Below are positions 34,091 through 44,678 of a stretch of 64,000 nucleotides of DNA, in pieces. The stretch is from Desulfomicrobium sp. (GTDB taxonomy: Bacteria; Desulfobacterota; Desulfovibrionia; Desulfovibrionales; Desulfomicrobiaceae). The stretch's first letter is position 1. Each line of letters opens with the position of its first letter. The notes below the pieces were generated by a model, which was not told the DNA's origin, searched no databases, and worked only from the letters and a program-made list of their open reading frames with translations. Position numbers and translations under genes: made by a program. The stretch is from positions 768,001 to 832,000 of the forward strand of contig JAXGMI010000002.1 of NCBI GenBank assembly GCA_040768745.1. The letters are read 5' to 3'.

Positions 34091-34953
34091 CAGTGAATTT
34101 CCATGCGCAGTCCCTGGGCCCTGACCGCCTCCTCCAAACGTCGAACCAGGCCCTCGCGGGACGGGGTCCGCACCTTCCACACCCCGACCATGCCCACCTC
34201 GTCCATTTCCACCCCGACCAGGCTCTTCTGCGCAATTTCCGCAGTCCATGCATCCATAAGCTTGTCGAATTCCATGGGCCCCACGCTGGAAAGCCAGCCG
34301 GAAATGCGGAATGTGACCCCGGACTCGCCCTGGGCCATGACCTCGGGGCGGGAAAAATAGTCCTTCCAGACCGCGAACCAGACCTGGTCCAGTGTCCTGC
34401 CTGTTGAGGTCGATTTCCACCCATCCGCGCTCAGGGTCCCCGTCCAGGTCCCGAGCTGGGAGAGTTCCAACACCGGCGCTTCTGGTCCGCCAGCAGGAGC
34501 CGGCTTGAGGCCGCATACCTCCTGCAGGACGCCGAGACGCCTGGTGCGGGAAGGCTCCACCCCGGAGAGCCTGAGCACATAGACAAGCGGTCTTTCCAAC
34601 GTGAACAGGACGCCCAAATCCCGCAGCCGGGCTTTGAGTCGCTCGGCGTTGACACGCACATCCAGGGCCAGGCTTCCGGTGGTGGCGTTGGCTCCGGACG
34701 CTGTCTCGCTGTAGCCGAGGATCAGGCTGTCCCGTTCCGCACCAAGGATGTCCATGACCGCCTTGGAACGGGATGGATTCAGGGACCTGCCCAGGATGGA
34801 CTTCGTTTCCTGGGCAATGGCCAGGTCAAAGGCCCTCTCCCTGAGCGGACTGGTCTGACCTTGAGTTTCTGGCTCGACCATGACTATCTGCCCAGCCAGG
34901 GCAGCAGGCCCCCACAGGACCACTGCCAACAAAATGCAGGATGCCATACGCAT
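34090..34953 (-). CDS. exported hypothetical protein
   Basis: Signal peptide MRMASCILLAVVLWGPAALA after GAGGTG RBS. Confidence 0.65.
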   Translation of the reverse strand: MRMASCILLAVVLWGPAALAGQIVMVEPETQGQTSPLRERAFDLAIAQETKSILGRSLNPSRSKAVMDILGAERDSLILGYSETASGANATTGSLALDVRVNAERLKARLRDLGVLFTLERPLVYVLRLSGVEPSRTRRLGVLQEVCGLKPAPAGGPEAPVLELSQLGTWTGTLSADGWKSTSTGRTLDQVWFAVWKDYFSRPEVMAQGESGVTFRISGWLSSVGPMEFDKLMDAWTAEIAQKSLVGVEMDEVGMVGVWKVRTPSREGLVRRLEEAVRAQGLRMEIH

Positions 34954-35029
34954 TGCTTCACCTCGCAACATGTGTACCTCGCGTCGCCACCCACCGCAAT
35001 CCAGCGCAAGGGGGTGGCCTGTGGCGGCC

Positions 35030-35950
35030 TCATGCGCCCAGAAACGCGCGGGCCTCGGCAAGCATGGCCACAATCTCCCCGGGTTCATGCCAGACAATGC
35101 GACGATCTTTGCGGAACCAGGTCAGCTGCCTCTTGGCATAGGCCCGAGTGCTGCGCAGCCAGTCCTCCTTGGCCTGGATCAGGGTCTGCCCATCCAGGAG
35201 AACGGACAGGAGCTCCGGGCAGCCGATGCCTGAAAATCCAGGGGCGTTTCGGTCCGAAACCGTGGAGTACGCCTGACGGACTTCCTCCAGGGCACCAGCC
35301 TCCAGCATGACATCGATGCGCCGGGCCAACCGGGGCGTGAGGGTCGCCAAGTCCGCACGCAGACCAATCTCAAGTACACGCGGACCTGCAGTCAGGGCAG
35401 GTTGCCTATGCCACCAGGACAGAGTCCGGCTCGTGGCCGCGAAGACCTCCAAGGCCCGGCAGACGCGCTGCGGATCGTTGGGGTGGATTCTGGCTGCGTA
35501 CTGCGGATCGAGGTGCTTCAGCCTGTCATACAGGGCCGGCGATCCCTCTGCGCGGCATTCGGCAGCCACCTTCTGGCGCACTGCCGGATCGATATCCGGA
35601 ATGGGGGCCAACCCCTCGACCAGGCTTTTCAGATAGAGCCCGGTTCCTCCGACCAGGATGGGCACCAGGCCGCGAGCCTTGAAAGCCTTTGCCTGTTCAA
35701 GGATCTCAACGGCAAACGCCCCCGCCCTGACCGGCATGCTGAGCGGCACATAGCCGTACAGGGCATGGGGACAGAGGGACTGCTCCGCCGGAGTGGGCTG
35801 GGCTGTGACAATGGGCAGGCCGGCATAGACCTGGCGGGAATCGAAATTGATCACACCCCCGCCCAGGTCCTGGGCCAAGGCCAAGGCCGCAGCAGTTTTT
35901 CCGGTGCCTGTGGCCCCGACCAGACAGACCACGGCAAGATCACGGCTCAT
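35030..35950 (-). CDS. miaA: tRNA dimethylallyltransferase
   Basis: GATGTGKT, DSRQVY, VGGTGLY, YAKRQLTWF. Confidence 0.95.
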   Translation of the reverse strand: MSRDLAVVCLVGATGTGKTAAALALAQDLGGGVINFDSRQVYAGLPIVTAQPTPAEQSLCPHALYGYVPLSMPVRAGAFAVEILEQAKAFKARGLVPILVGGTGLYLKSLVEGLAPIPDIDPAVRQKVAAECRAEGSPALYDRLKHLDPQYAARIHPNDPQRVCRALEVFAATSRTLSWWHRQPALTAGPRVLEIGLRADLATLTPRLARRIDVMLEAGALEEVRQAYSTVSDRNAPGFSGIGCPELLSVLLDGQTLIQAKEDWLRSTRAYAKRQLTWFRKDRRIVWHEPGEIVAMLAEARAFLGA

Positions 35951-36477
35951 GGCGTCGGGGCTTCCTCTGCGAGGGACGCGCGCCGTTCCAGCATGCGCTG
36001 GTTGACCCTGGCCTGGATGGCCTCCGGAACCAGCCCGTCGATGCTTCCGCCCAGCCGGGCCACATCCTTGATGATGGTCGAACTGATATACAGCCAGCGG
36101 TAGTCCGTCATCATGAAGACCGTGTGGATGCTGGGTTTGAGCTTGCGGTTCATGAGGGCCATCTGGAATTCATACTCGAAGTCCGAGACCGCTCGCAGGC
36201 CTCGCAGAATGGTGTTTGCCCCTTTTTTCGGCACGTAGTCCACCAGCAGTCCCGCGAAGCCGTCGACATCCACTCGGACCTGTCCCCGGAAAACCTCGCG
36301 GATCATGTCGACCCGCTCATCCAGGGAGAAGAGGGGATTTTTCCCCGAATCCTTGGCCACGGCCACGATGATGCGGTCAAAGACCTCCAGGCCCCTGCGC
36401 ACCAGGCTGAGATGCCCGTTGGTGAAGGGGTCGAACGTGCCTGGATACACCGCTATGCGCTCTTCTTTAGGCCCCAT
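35947..36477 (-). CDS. coaD: pantetheine-phosphate adenylyltransferase
   Basis: YPGTFDPFTNGH, RGLRAVSDFEYE, ISS. Confidence 0.96.
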   Translation of the reverse strand: MGPKEERIAVYPGTFDPFTNGHLSLVRRGLEVFDRIIVAVAKDSGKNPLFSLDERVDMIREVFRGQVRVDVDGFAGLLVDYVPKKGANTILRGLRAVSDFEYEFQMALMNRKLKPSIHTVFMMTDYRWLYISSTIIKDVARLGGSIDGLVPEAIQARVNQRMLERRASLAEEAPTP

Positions 36478-37025
36478 ATGCAAATCCTCGTCTGTCCATA
36501 GACCTTGTTGCGGATCGGATCCAAAATCGGATGGGGCGACTCTGCAAGAGGCAGGCTGGCCTCAACCTCGGCGCAGATCAGGCCCTCAGGCTGAAGCTTC
36601 TCTCTGGCCACCAGCAGACGCACCGCAGGCAACAGCAGGTCCTGGCCGTAGGGTGGATCAATGAACACAAGCCCGTATGGGCCTCTGCTCTCAGTGCTTC
36701 CCAGCCAGTGCAGGGCATCGCCCTTGACCAGGGACCATCGCTCGCGTCGAACCTGCAGCAATTCCAGGTTGGTCCTGATCAGGGCCGCCGCACAGCCAGC
36801 CTTCTCAACAAAAACAACGGAGCTGGCACCGCGACTTAACGCCTCGATGCCCAGCGAGCCGCTGCCGGCAAAGATGTCTGCCACATTGGTCTGGGGCCAG
36901 CTCACGCCCAGGGATTCGAGCATGGAAAAGACCGATTCCCGGATCTTGCCCGTGGCCGGACGATAGCCCGGCCCCCCGGTGGTCCGGATCTGCCTGCCCC
37001 GATAGGCCCCGGCAATGATGCGCAC
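36453..37025 (-). CDS. rsmD: 16S rRNA m2G966 methyltransferase
   Basis: RIIAG, RP, FAGSGSLGIEALSRG, IDPPY; upstream of coaD. Confidence 0.93.
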   Translation of the reverse strand: MRIIAGAYRGRQIRTTGGPGYRPATGKIRESVFSMLESLGVSWPQTNVADIFAGSGSLGIEALSRGASSVVFVEKAGCAAALIRTNLELLQVRRERWSLVKGDALHWLGSTESRGPYGLVFIDPPYGQDLLLPAVRLLVAREKLQPEGLICAEVEASLPLAESPHPILDPIRNKVYGQTRICIWGLKKSA

Positions 37026-37028
37026 GCC

Positions 37029-38672
37029 CTAGTCCCTCTTTTCCGCCTGCTTCTGCTCGAAGATCAGCTCGGACAGGATGGTCGTAAATCGCGAATTGAT
37101 GGCTACGAGATTGCCCCGGATTTCGACCTGGTTGGTCAAGCCCATGCGTTTGAGGTAGTCGACCCGCTCCTGGACCTGCGAAAGTTTGGCTGCGGTCTCC
37201 TCCAGCAGGTAGTCCCAGTCGATGCGCGGCGCTGCCAGGGACGGATGGGCGGTCAGTTCGAAACGGCCGCCCTTCTCCAGGAGGCAATCGTCCATATAAT
37301 CGGGGATGTGCACCGTAAGGTTGAACTTGTCCCGGATCAGGTCGGCCAGCACTTTCTGACCCGTATGCTCCCCGTGCACGAGATAGACGCTCATGCCTGG
37401 GCTGCGGAAGTGGGAGAGCCAATCCAGAATCTGCTGCTGTCCTGCATGGGCTGAAAACCCACCGATGGTGAAGACCTTGGCCTTGATGGACAATTCTTCG
37501 CCCAAAATCCGCACGGTTTGCGCACCGTCGACAATGCGCCGGCCCGGGGTGCCTTCGGCCTGGAAGCCGACGAAGACGATGGATGCGCCCGGCTTCCAGA
37601 TATTGTGCCGGATATGGTGCTTGATCCGTCCGGCGTTGGCCATGCCGCTGCCGGCAATGACGATGGCCGGGCCCTGGGAGACATTGATGGACCTGGATTC
37701 CTCGGCCGTCAGCGTGTAGCGCAGGTTGGGCAGCTCCAGAGGGTTCTCCCCCTTTTTGATCAGTTCCTTGGTCTGCTGATCGTAATAGTCCCAATTACGG
37801 CGGAAAATTTCCGTGGCCTTGATGGCCAGGGGGCTGTCCACGAAGACAGGCATGTCCGCCGGCAGGCGGCCGTCCTTGTGCAGCAGATAGAAACTGTACA
37901 GCAGCTCCTGGGTCCGCTCCACGGCAAATGCCGGAATGATGACCTTCTCGCCCCGTTCGTAGCTGTATTTGATGGCGGAAGCCAGCTCATCCCGGCTTTC
38001 TGCTTCGTTCTTGTGATTGCGGGCGCCATACGTCGATTCCAGAAAAAGAAAATCCGCAGTCTCGACGGTTTGCGCGTCACGGACCAGAAGCTGGTCGGGC
38101 CTGCCCAGATCCCCTGAAAAGACCAGTTTGGTTTCCTTGTCCCCTTCCTTGACCCACAATTCGATAAACGCCGAGCCGAGAATATGGCCGGCATCGTTGA
38201 ATACGACCCGGATCCCGGGTTTCGGCGAAAAGGACTGATTGTATTCCTGCACAACCATGCGCGAAAAGGCTTTCTGGGCGTCCTCGACTGTGTACAGCGG
38301 CTCCACGGGCAGATCGCCGGCCCGCATCTTCTTGGTGCTGCGCCACTGGGCTTCGGTCTCCTGGATGCGGGCGCTGTCCTCGAGCATGATCTCCACGAGT
38401 TCCCTGGTTGGCGCGGTCATGTACACCGGACCGGCAAATCCCTTGGCCACCAGTCGGGGCAGGAGCCCGGAATGATCGATATGGGCGTGGGTGAGCAGAA
38501 TGAAGTCCAGTGCTTCGGGCTGATAGACCTCATTCTCGTCCCAGTTGCGCATTTCAATATCCCGGTTGCCCTGGTGCATGCCGCAGTCGATGGCGAAGCG
38601 GGAATGTTCGCATTCCAGCACGTAGCAGGAGCCGGTCACGGTCCGGGCCGCGCCAAGGAAGGTGATTTTCAT
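37029..38672 (-). CDS. MBL/beta-CASP RNA-metabolising hydrolase
   Basis: THAHIDHSG, AGHILGS, SGDLG, ESTYG, GFSAHA, VHGE. Confidence 0.92.
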   Translation of the reverse strand: MKITFLGAARTVTGSCYVLECEHSRFAIDCGMHQGNRDIEMRNWDENEVYQPEALDFILLTHAHIDHSGLLPRLVAKGFAGPVYMTAPTRELVEIMLEDSARIQETEAQWRSTKKMRAGDLPVEPLYTVEDAQKAFSRMVVQEYNQSFSPKPGIRVVFNDAGHILGSAFIELWVKEGDKETKLVFSGDLGRPDQLLVRDAQTVETADFLFLESTYGARNHKNEAESRDELASAIKYSYERGEKVIIPAFAVERTQELLYSFYLLHKDGRLPADMPVFVDSPLAIKATEIFRRNWDYYDQQTKELIKKGENPLELPNLRYTLTAEESRSINVSQGPAIVIAGSGMANAGRIKHHIRHNIWKPGASIVFVGFQAEGTPGRRIVDGAQTVRILGEELSIKAKVFTIGGFSAHAGQQQILDWLSHFRSPGMSVYLVHGEHTGQKVLADLIRDKFNLTVHIPDYMDDCLLEKGGRFELTAHPSLAAPRIDWDYLLEETAAKLSQVQERVDYLKRMGLTNQVEIRGNLVAINSRFTTILSELIFEQKQAEKRD

Positions 38673-38819
38673 GAATTACTCCTTATATTTCATAACAATA
38701 GAAAAAAAATATCATCGCATTGCCGTCAAAGAGATCCCTGTGATAGCTGCCCGCCAATGGCAGGTAACCAGGGCTGACACCCCTTTCACAATCCGCATCA
38801 GGCAACAAAATGGTTTCCC

Positions 38820-39671
38820 ATGATCAACCTGAACCAGCTCAGCGACAAAGACCTTCCGCCCCTGAAGCCCATGGTCATCCGACTTTGGCAGCTCCTCAAC
38901 TCCCAGCATACCCGGCTGCAGGATATTGCCGAGGCCATGAGCGCCGAGCCGGTGCTCTGCGCCAGGATTATGGCTATTGCCAACTCGCCGCTGTACCGGG
39001 GCGTGGAGGAAATCCTCTCCCCCCAGAAGGCATTGATCCGGCTCGGTCTGGATGAGGTCAAGGGGATCGTCTACTACCTGACCCTGTCGGACTCCATGCG
39101 CAAAAAAAACTTCCCTTCCAGCTTCGACATCCGCAGGTTCTGGTCCCACAGCCTGAGCACCGCGCTCTTGAGTCAGAAGCTCTGCCAGTATTATCCGCAC
39201 CTCTTTCCCATGACTCCGGAAGAACGTGAAGGAGCCTATCTTGCGGGGCTGCTGCACGACATCGGGTATGTGGTCATGGCCGCGCTCATGCCCGGCGAAT
39301 TCCGACTCATGGTCAAAAGCTGGGAGACAGAAACCCTGCCTCCCCTGGACACGGAAGAAGAAATTTTTGGCCTGAGCCACCCCATCCTCAGCGCCAAGGC
39401 TCTCAACCTGTGGAAATTCCCGAAAAATGTCCAGCTTGCGGTCTACGCCCACCACCGGGACATCCCCACCGACTCCCGGACCGGGGCGATCATGCTTCTC
39501 AAGCTGGCTGACTGCCTGTCCACGGATGCCGGGTATCACTTCAATCCACGCTTTTCCGTGGATCTCAAGAGGGCGACCATCCCCCCCGTATTGCTGGCAG
39601 AAGACTTTCAGCCTGTGATCCAGGAAGTGTCCTTGAAGGTGGAAATGCTGGTCAGTCAAGCCCTCTCGTGA
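38820..39671 (+). CDS. HDOD domain protein
   Basis: ANSPLY, FWSHSL, AGLLHDIG. Confidence 0.88.
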   Translation: MINLNQLSDKDLPPLKPMVIRLWQLLNSQHTRLQDIAEAMSAEPVLCARIMAIANSPLYRGVEEILSPQKALIRLGLDEVKGIVYYLTLSDSMRKKNFPSSFDIRRFWSHSLSTALLSQKLCQYYPHLFPMTPEEREGAYLAGLLHDIGYVVMAALMPGEFRLMVKSWETETLPPLDTEEEIFGLSHPILSAKALNLWKFPKNVQLAVYAHHRDIPTDSRTGAIMLLKLADCLSTDAGYHFNPRFSVDLKRATIPPVLLAEDFQPVIQEVSLKVEMLVSQALS

Positions 39672-39677
39672 CCAGGT

Positions 39678-40652
39678 TCAGTGCAGCGAAGGGTCCTGGC
39701 ATTCGAGTTCAACGGTCACGGTTCCGGTGCACCCGAAAATTCCCACGGGCATGGGCTCGCCCATCCTGGCCCTGACCCAGTTCCACAGCGCGTCCCCTGT
39801 TCGCCCGAACTGTCTGTAGTCGCCGAGGACCTGCACGCAGAGATAGCGAGCGGCCAGGCTGATCCGCATGGACTGCTCCAAACCGTCATGCAGCTGATAG
39901 TCGTCCACGGCCCCGGACAGGCGTTTCAGCAAGGCCCGCGTGCCCGCCTCCTCCAGATCCGGAGAAACAAGACACAAAAGCCCTTCGCCCAGGGATGCCA
40001 GCCTGTCGTAGTTGCGAAGCTGGCGGCGCAAAAAGGACCACACCCCGGCGTTGAACCACTCTGTCCAATCCCTGCCATAGCTGGCTTTGAACCCGTCCAG
40101 ACCGGCGATGGACACCATGCTCAGAGATATCCAGCCCTGCCTGCGCCCAACCCGGTTGACCTCTTCGTAGAGGAAAACCCTCAGTCCCTCTGCAGTGAGC
40201 AATCCCGTACCCTCCTCGAAGAGCACGGCTGCATCCACACCGTGGGCCTTTGAGCGGCGCAGGGCCTGCTTGACCTTCCATTCCAGTTCCACGTCCATCC
40301 AGGGGACGGAGAGATAGTCGTCAATGTCCTGCGCGCCGGAAAAAAGGGAAACCAGATCCCTCCCCGCGCCCAGCAGGACGATTTGCACTGGAGGCAGGGA
40401 GCGTCTCTTTTCGCGGGCCCGGATCAAGGCGACGAATTCCGCCCCGGAAATATCCCGCCCCTGAGCGGCGACCAGCAGGCACTGGTACGCTTCGTCCTCG
40501 GTCCGGGCCACAGCCTTGAGATGCCCCGGGACATGCTCGGCATGCACCCCCAGGCGGTTCAGCACGAACATGACTTCCCGGGCATGGTCCTCGTCCGGGT
40601 CCACGAGGAGGAATCTGCTTTCTCTGTCTTCCTGTGCGCTGTCCATGGGCAT
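39678..40652 (-). CDS. pseudo-receiver plus degenerate GGDEF protein
   Basis: REC-like N-terminus without phospho-Asp; TGLL, DGFKASYG, RNYDRLASLGEGLL. Confidence 0.72.
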   Translation of the reverse strand: MPMDSAQEDRESRFLLVDPDEDHAREVMFVLNRLGVHAEHVPGHLKAVARTEDEAYQCLLVAAQGRDISGAEFVALIRAREKRRSLPPVQIVLLGAGRDLVSLFSGAQDIDDYLSVPWMDVELEWKVKQALRRSKAHGVDAAVLFEEGTGLLTAEGLRVFLYEEVNRVGRRQGWISLSMVSIAGLDGFKASYGRDWTEWFNAGVWSFLRRQLRNYDRLASLGEGLLCLVSPDLEEAGTRALLKRLSGAVDDYQLHDGLEQSMRISLAARYLCVQVLGDYRQFGRTGDALWNWVRARMGEPMPVGIFGCTGTVTVELECQDPSLH

Positions 40653-40825
40653 AATCCGTCTCTTCTTGAAAGGGGTGCAAAAACAACCGGGCGGTCCTGG
40701 CGACGGTTCTGGTTAGCAGACGAGGACTTGGATTGTCCATCGAGGCCGGGCCGGCCAGGGCTATGGAAGCTTTTGCCCTCCCGGCCATTTTTGTGTAACG
40801 GGTCTGAGCACAATGGAATCCACTG

Positions 40826-41524
40826 ATGCACAATCCGTTCAAATCCCTTGAAATCAATCGGCGCTTGCAGGCCAAGACGGCGAAGCGCTCCCACCGAAGC
40901 CATCCTCCTGACCCCTCGCCCGAGGACCTGCAGAGCAGCGCCGTGATCCAGACCTCCGAGGAGGATATCTTCCTGCACGCCGTTTCCGACGTCGCCCCCC
41001 TGCGCAAGGGCGGCCGCGACATCGCCGCACCGGTGCGGCCCGCCGCCCCTGCACCGGCCCCGGCCACGACGTTTGACCGCCTGGTGGAAGAACACATCGA
41101 ATTCGACATGGAGCATACCCACGAATTCATCATGGGCCAGGTCCGGGGACTGGACCCCAAGATATTCCGCAAGCTCAAAGCCGGCCAGCTCAGCGTGCAG
41201 GCCCACCTCGACCTGCACGGACTCAACGCGGATCAGGCCAAGCTGGCGGTGATCGAATTCTTGCGCCGCTGCTACATGGAAGGTAAACGCTGCGTTCTGG
41301 TTATTCCAGGCCGGGGCCGGAACTCACTTTTGGGGCAGGGAATCCTGCGCCAGGAAATCTCCACATGGCTGACCCAGGCCCCCCTCAAGCGCATTGTTCT
41401 GGCCTTCACCACGGCCCTGCCCAGGCACGGCGGCAGCGGAGCCGTGTACCTGCTCCTGCGTCAGGCACGCAAGGAGCGGGGCAAGATTTTTTGGGAAGAT
41501 GTTTTCGTTGATGTCGACGGCTGA
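40826..41524 (+). CDS. Smr/MutS2 domain protein
   Basis: LDLHG, VIPGRG, GGSGAVY. Confidence 0.9.
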   Translation: MHNPFKSLEINRRLQAKTAKRSHRSHPPDPSPEDLQSSAVIQTSEEDIFLHAVSDVAPLRKGGRDIAAPVRPAAPAPAPATTFDRLVEEHIEFDMEHTHEFIMGQVRGLDPKIFRKLKAGQLSVQAHLDLHGLNADQAKLAVIEFLRRCYMEGKRCVLVIPGRGRNSLLGQGILRQEISTWLTQAPLKRIVLAFTTALPRHGGSGAVYLLLRQARKERGKIFWEDVFVDVDG

Positions 41525-41550
41525 GCAACACTGCAACCAAGGACCAGAAC

Positions 41551-43143
41551 ATGGGCTTTTTTTCCCGCATAAAAAAACTCTGGGGCTCGTCCGAACCCCA
41601 GGGCAAAGCCATATCCGAGACCGAGGCGTCCGACCTCCAGGCCCCATCCTCCCCTGGCCCCGAAAACGTCCTGGTGGCTGAGGATCAGCAGCCAGGGCCC
41701 AAGGGTACGCTCGAGGCTTCGGGCCGGGAGGACCGCCTGCTCCACGGGAACGCGGAGCCGGCGGCAGCGTCCCAGCCCCGTCTTGTCCAATCAGCCCCGC
41801 CGGTTGCAAAAGAGCCGGCCGCTGAGAAATCAGGCGGCTGGCGCAGGCTGTTTGGCCTGGACACCCCGAAAAAGGAGGATTCCGCACCCGCAACCCAGCA
41901 GCCGGAACTCCTTTTTCAGGAAAAACCCTCGGCCAGGGCCGGACTGGAGCCGTGGCAGGAACCTCTGGTGCAGGCCCTGGGCGAGGCCGAACCGAGACTT
42001 TCGGTCTGGATGACACACATCCTTGACGGGGTGGACCGCCGCGGGGAACTCCTCTGGAATCGCCTGCGTTTTCTTTTCAGCCAGTTGGACGTGCCTGCCG
42101 CGGAAAGCGAGGATTTCATCCATCGTTTTGAGCAGTGGCTTGCGGACATGGACTACGACCATGTGGACGAATTCCGCTCGGAACTGCAGTACCGCATGGC
42201 CTTGGCCCTGGATCTCGAAGACGAGGAAGACGAGCGCAACCGCCTGCTCCTGAAGCTCTCGGCTGGTCTGGGCAAGACTCGCGAACAGCTGACCATGCGC
42301 ATCGACCAGCTTCTGGCCATGACTGGCAGCTACGATGACGAATTCTGGGAAGAGCTTGAGGAGATTCTGCTGGTTGCCGACGTGGGCGTGAAGGCATCCC
42401 AGGAACTCCTCAAGCGCCTCAAGCCCAAGGTCCGCAAGGCAGGCTCCAGGGATGCGGCCGAATTCAAAACCCTGCTGAAGGAAGAGCTGGCTGCCGTCTT
42501 TGTGGAGCCCAAGGCGCCCAGGGTGCCCCAGCCCCCGGAAGTGGTCCTCATGGTCGGCGTCAACGGCGCGGGCAAGACCACAACCATCGCCAAGCTGGCG
42601 CACCGCGCCCAGATGCAGGGACGCAAGGTCCTGGTGGCGGCCGGGGACACCTTCCGGGCCGCGGCCATCGAGCAGCTGCAGGTCTGGTCCAAGCGCGTCG
42701 GGGCCGGGTTCTACGCCAAGCCCCATGGCAGCGACCCCGCGGCCGTGGCCTTCGAGGCGGTCGACCACGCCATGCAGGAAGGATACGACCTTCTTTTCGT
42801 CGACACGGCCGGCCGTCTGCAGACCAAACACAACCTCATGGAAGAATTGAAGAAGATCAACCGGGTTCTGGGCAAGAAACTGGACGGGGCGCCCCACAGG
42901 ACCATTCTCATCCTGGATGCGACCACGGGCCAGAACGCCCTCTCCCAGGTCAAGCTCTTTTCCCAGGCCTCGCCCGTGGACGAGATCATCCTGACCAAGC
43001 TCGATGGCACGGCCAAGGGCGGGGTTATCGTGGCCATCGCCCTGGAGTACGGCCTGCCCATCAGCTTCGTCGGCCTGGGCGAAAAAATGGAGGATTTGCG
43101 GCCCTTCTCGGGGCAGGAGTTCGCCAGCGCTCTGTTCGACTGA
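41551..43143 (+). CDS. ftsY: signal recognition particle receptor FtsY
   Basis: GVNGAGKTTT, DTFRAAA, DTAGRL, TKLDGTAKGG. Confidence 0.96.
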   Translation: MGFFSRIKKLWGSSEPQGKAISETEASDLQAPSSPGPENVLVAEDQQPGPKGTLEASGREDRLLHGNAEPAAASQPRLVQSAPPVAKEPAAEKSGGWRRLFGLDTPKKEDSAPATQQPELLFQEKPSARAGLEPWQEPLVQALGEAEPRLSVWMTHILDGVDRRGELLWNRLRFLFSQLDVPAAESEDFIHRFEQWLADMDYDHVDEFRSELQYRMALALDLEDEEDERNRLLLKLSAGLGKTREQLTMRIDQLLAMTGSYDDEFWEELEEILLVADVGVKASQELLKRLKPKVRKAGSRDAAEFKTLLKEELAAVFVEPKAPRVPQPPEVVLMVGVNGAGKTTTIAKLAHRAQMQGRKVLVAAGDTFRAAAIEQLQVWSKRVGAGFYAKPHGSDPAAVAFEAVDHAMQEGYDLLFVDTAGRLQTKHNLMEELKKINRVLGKKLDGAPHRTILILDATTGQNALSQVKLFSQASPVDEIILTKLDGTAKGGVIVAIALEYGLPISFVGLGEKMEDLRPFSGQEFASALFD

Positions 43144-43184
43144 AAGCGGCGAACCCCGGATCCTTTTCGGGGTTGGCCAAATGG

Positions 43185-43616
43185 CTACCGTCCCTGGCCC
43201 GCTTCATCGGCCAGGGCGGCCCGGAGCCGTTCCACCCGCCGCCGGTTGACGCCCAGGTCCCACCACCCGCTGCGCGACGCAGAGCGGACCTGCACGACGT
43301 CCCCGTCCCTGCGGCATTCCAGGTCGTCCACAAAGCCGAAGACCCGCGATCGGAAGGTGGCGTGTACGTACCCATCCTCCACGTGCTCTACGCTCCCTCC
43401 CATGGCGACAATGGTCCGAATCAGGCCCTCCCACTCCCCCCTGGAGGATACCGCAAGAGGCTGCACATCCCGGTCCGGCATCTCGGAACGCACACAATTG
43501 GGCGAACCCGGGCAGGGCCGCAGCTTTCCCCCCGCAGGCCCAGTGCCTGCGGCCATTGCGCTGGCAACCACACTCACGCACACCAGAATCGTCAGCCACG
43601 GTGTTGATGCTTTCAT
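43185..43616 (-). CDS. DUF1499 family protein
   Basis: CPGSPNCVRS, FGFVDDLE, RSASRSG...DLGVNRRR. Confidence 0.85.
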   Translation of the reverse strand: MKASTPWLTILVCVSVVASAMAAGTGPAGGKLRPCPGSPNCVRSEMPDRDVQPLAVSSRGEWEGLIRTIVAMGGSVEHVEDGYVHATFRSRVFGFVDDLECRRDGDVVQVRSASRSGWWDLGVNRRRVERLRAALADEAGQGR

Positions 43617-43670
43617 GCATACCTCCCTCTGGCAACCTGCGCCATAGTGCAGGTTCATGTTCGGCCATGT

Positions 43671-44519
43671 TCAGGGATTCGGAAAAGACAGGCGGACAGC
43701 CTCGGCCTGGGCCGGGTCCACTCCCGGCCAATCGGGAAGCCACATGGCCGAAAACCCGGGCATGTCCACCCGCCAGTGGTGCAGGAAAAGTCCCCCAGGT
43801 TCGGCCTGGCCGTAGAGCGGATCGCCCAGGAGGGGATGGCCCGCATGGGCCATGTGAGCGCGGATCTGATGACGACGGCCTTTCAGGATGCGCACGAGGA
43901 CAAGGGTCAGACCGCCCTCCTCCCGCACGGGCCGAACCAGGGTGGACCGCAGGGGATGGTCCGGCTCTCCCGTGACCCTGACCACGCGCCGCCTGTCGTC
44001 GAGGATACGCCCCCGGAGCTCCATCGGTCCCACGGCCCCGTGGGCCACTGCCAGATAATACTTGCGGACCAGTCCCTGCTCCTGCCACCCCTTGTAGGCC
44101 CTCTCGTCCTCTCTCGTGGCCGCAGCCAGCACCAGGCCGGAAGTGGACTGGTCCAAGCGGTTGACCAGCCTCCACCCTGCGAACCCTGCGGACGGAAGCC
44201 GGACCTCGACACTCTGCGGACCTGCTCCCGCGGCGCTGTGCATGCCCCTGGGCTTGAGGAGTGCGGCAAACCGTCCCGAGTTGGCGATGACGGGCAGTGG
44301 AGGACCAGGCAGGATATCCGGGGAAGCAGCGGCATCGTCCAGGATGATTGTCTGACCCGGGTGGACCAGGTCGCCCTTGCGCAGCACCCGGCCGTCCACC
44401 AGGACCCTCCCTTCCTCGATGAGTGCGCGGCATCGGCGCAGGCCCAGGCCCAGGCTGCGGGCCAGGGCGTAATCAAGGCGCATGGGTGCGGAATCAGAGC
44501 TCAAAAGCAGCTGCGTCAT
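43671..44519 (-). CDS. RluA-family pseudouridine synthase
   Basis: S4-like N-terminus, NRLDQSTSGL, GRRHQIR, LLGDPLY; start reset to MTQLL. Confidence 0.9.
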   Translation of the reverse strand: MTQLLLSSDSAPMRLDYALARSLGLGLRRCRALIEEGRVLVDGRVLRKGDLVHPGQTIILDDAAASPDILPGPPLPVIANSGRFAALLKPRGMHSAAGAGPQSVEVRLPSAGFAGWRLVNRLDQSTSGLVLAAATREDERAYKGWQEQGLVRKYYLAVAHGAVGPMELRGRILDDRRRVVRVTGEPDHPLRSTLVRPVREEGGLTLVLVRILKGRRHQIRAHMAHAGHPLLGDPLYGQAEPGGLFLHHWRVDMPGFSAMWLPDWPGVDPAQAEAVRLSFPNP

Positions 44520-44678
44520 ACGTGGGGAAAAACCAGTGCGGGTTGATGCCGGCATGCGTTCCGGCCCTCCAGCCCAGCGAGGTCCAGCATGGGTGGATTC
44601 CATCCCTCTTCAGGCCCATGTCCGGGACAAGAATGGACGGGCTGGTGTGAACGTGCATGCCCAGCGAATCCGCCGGCC

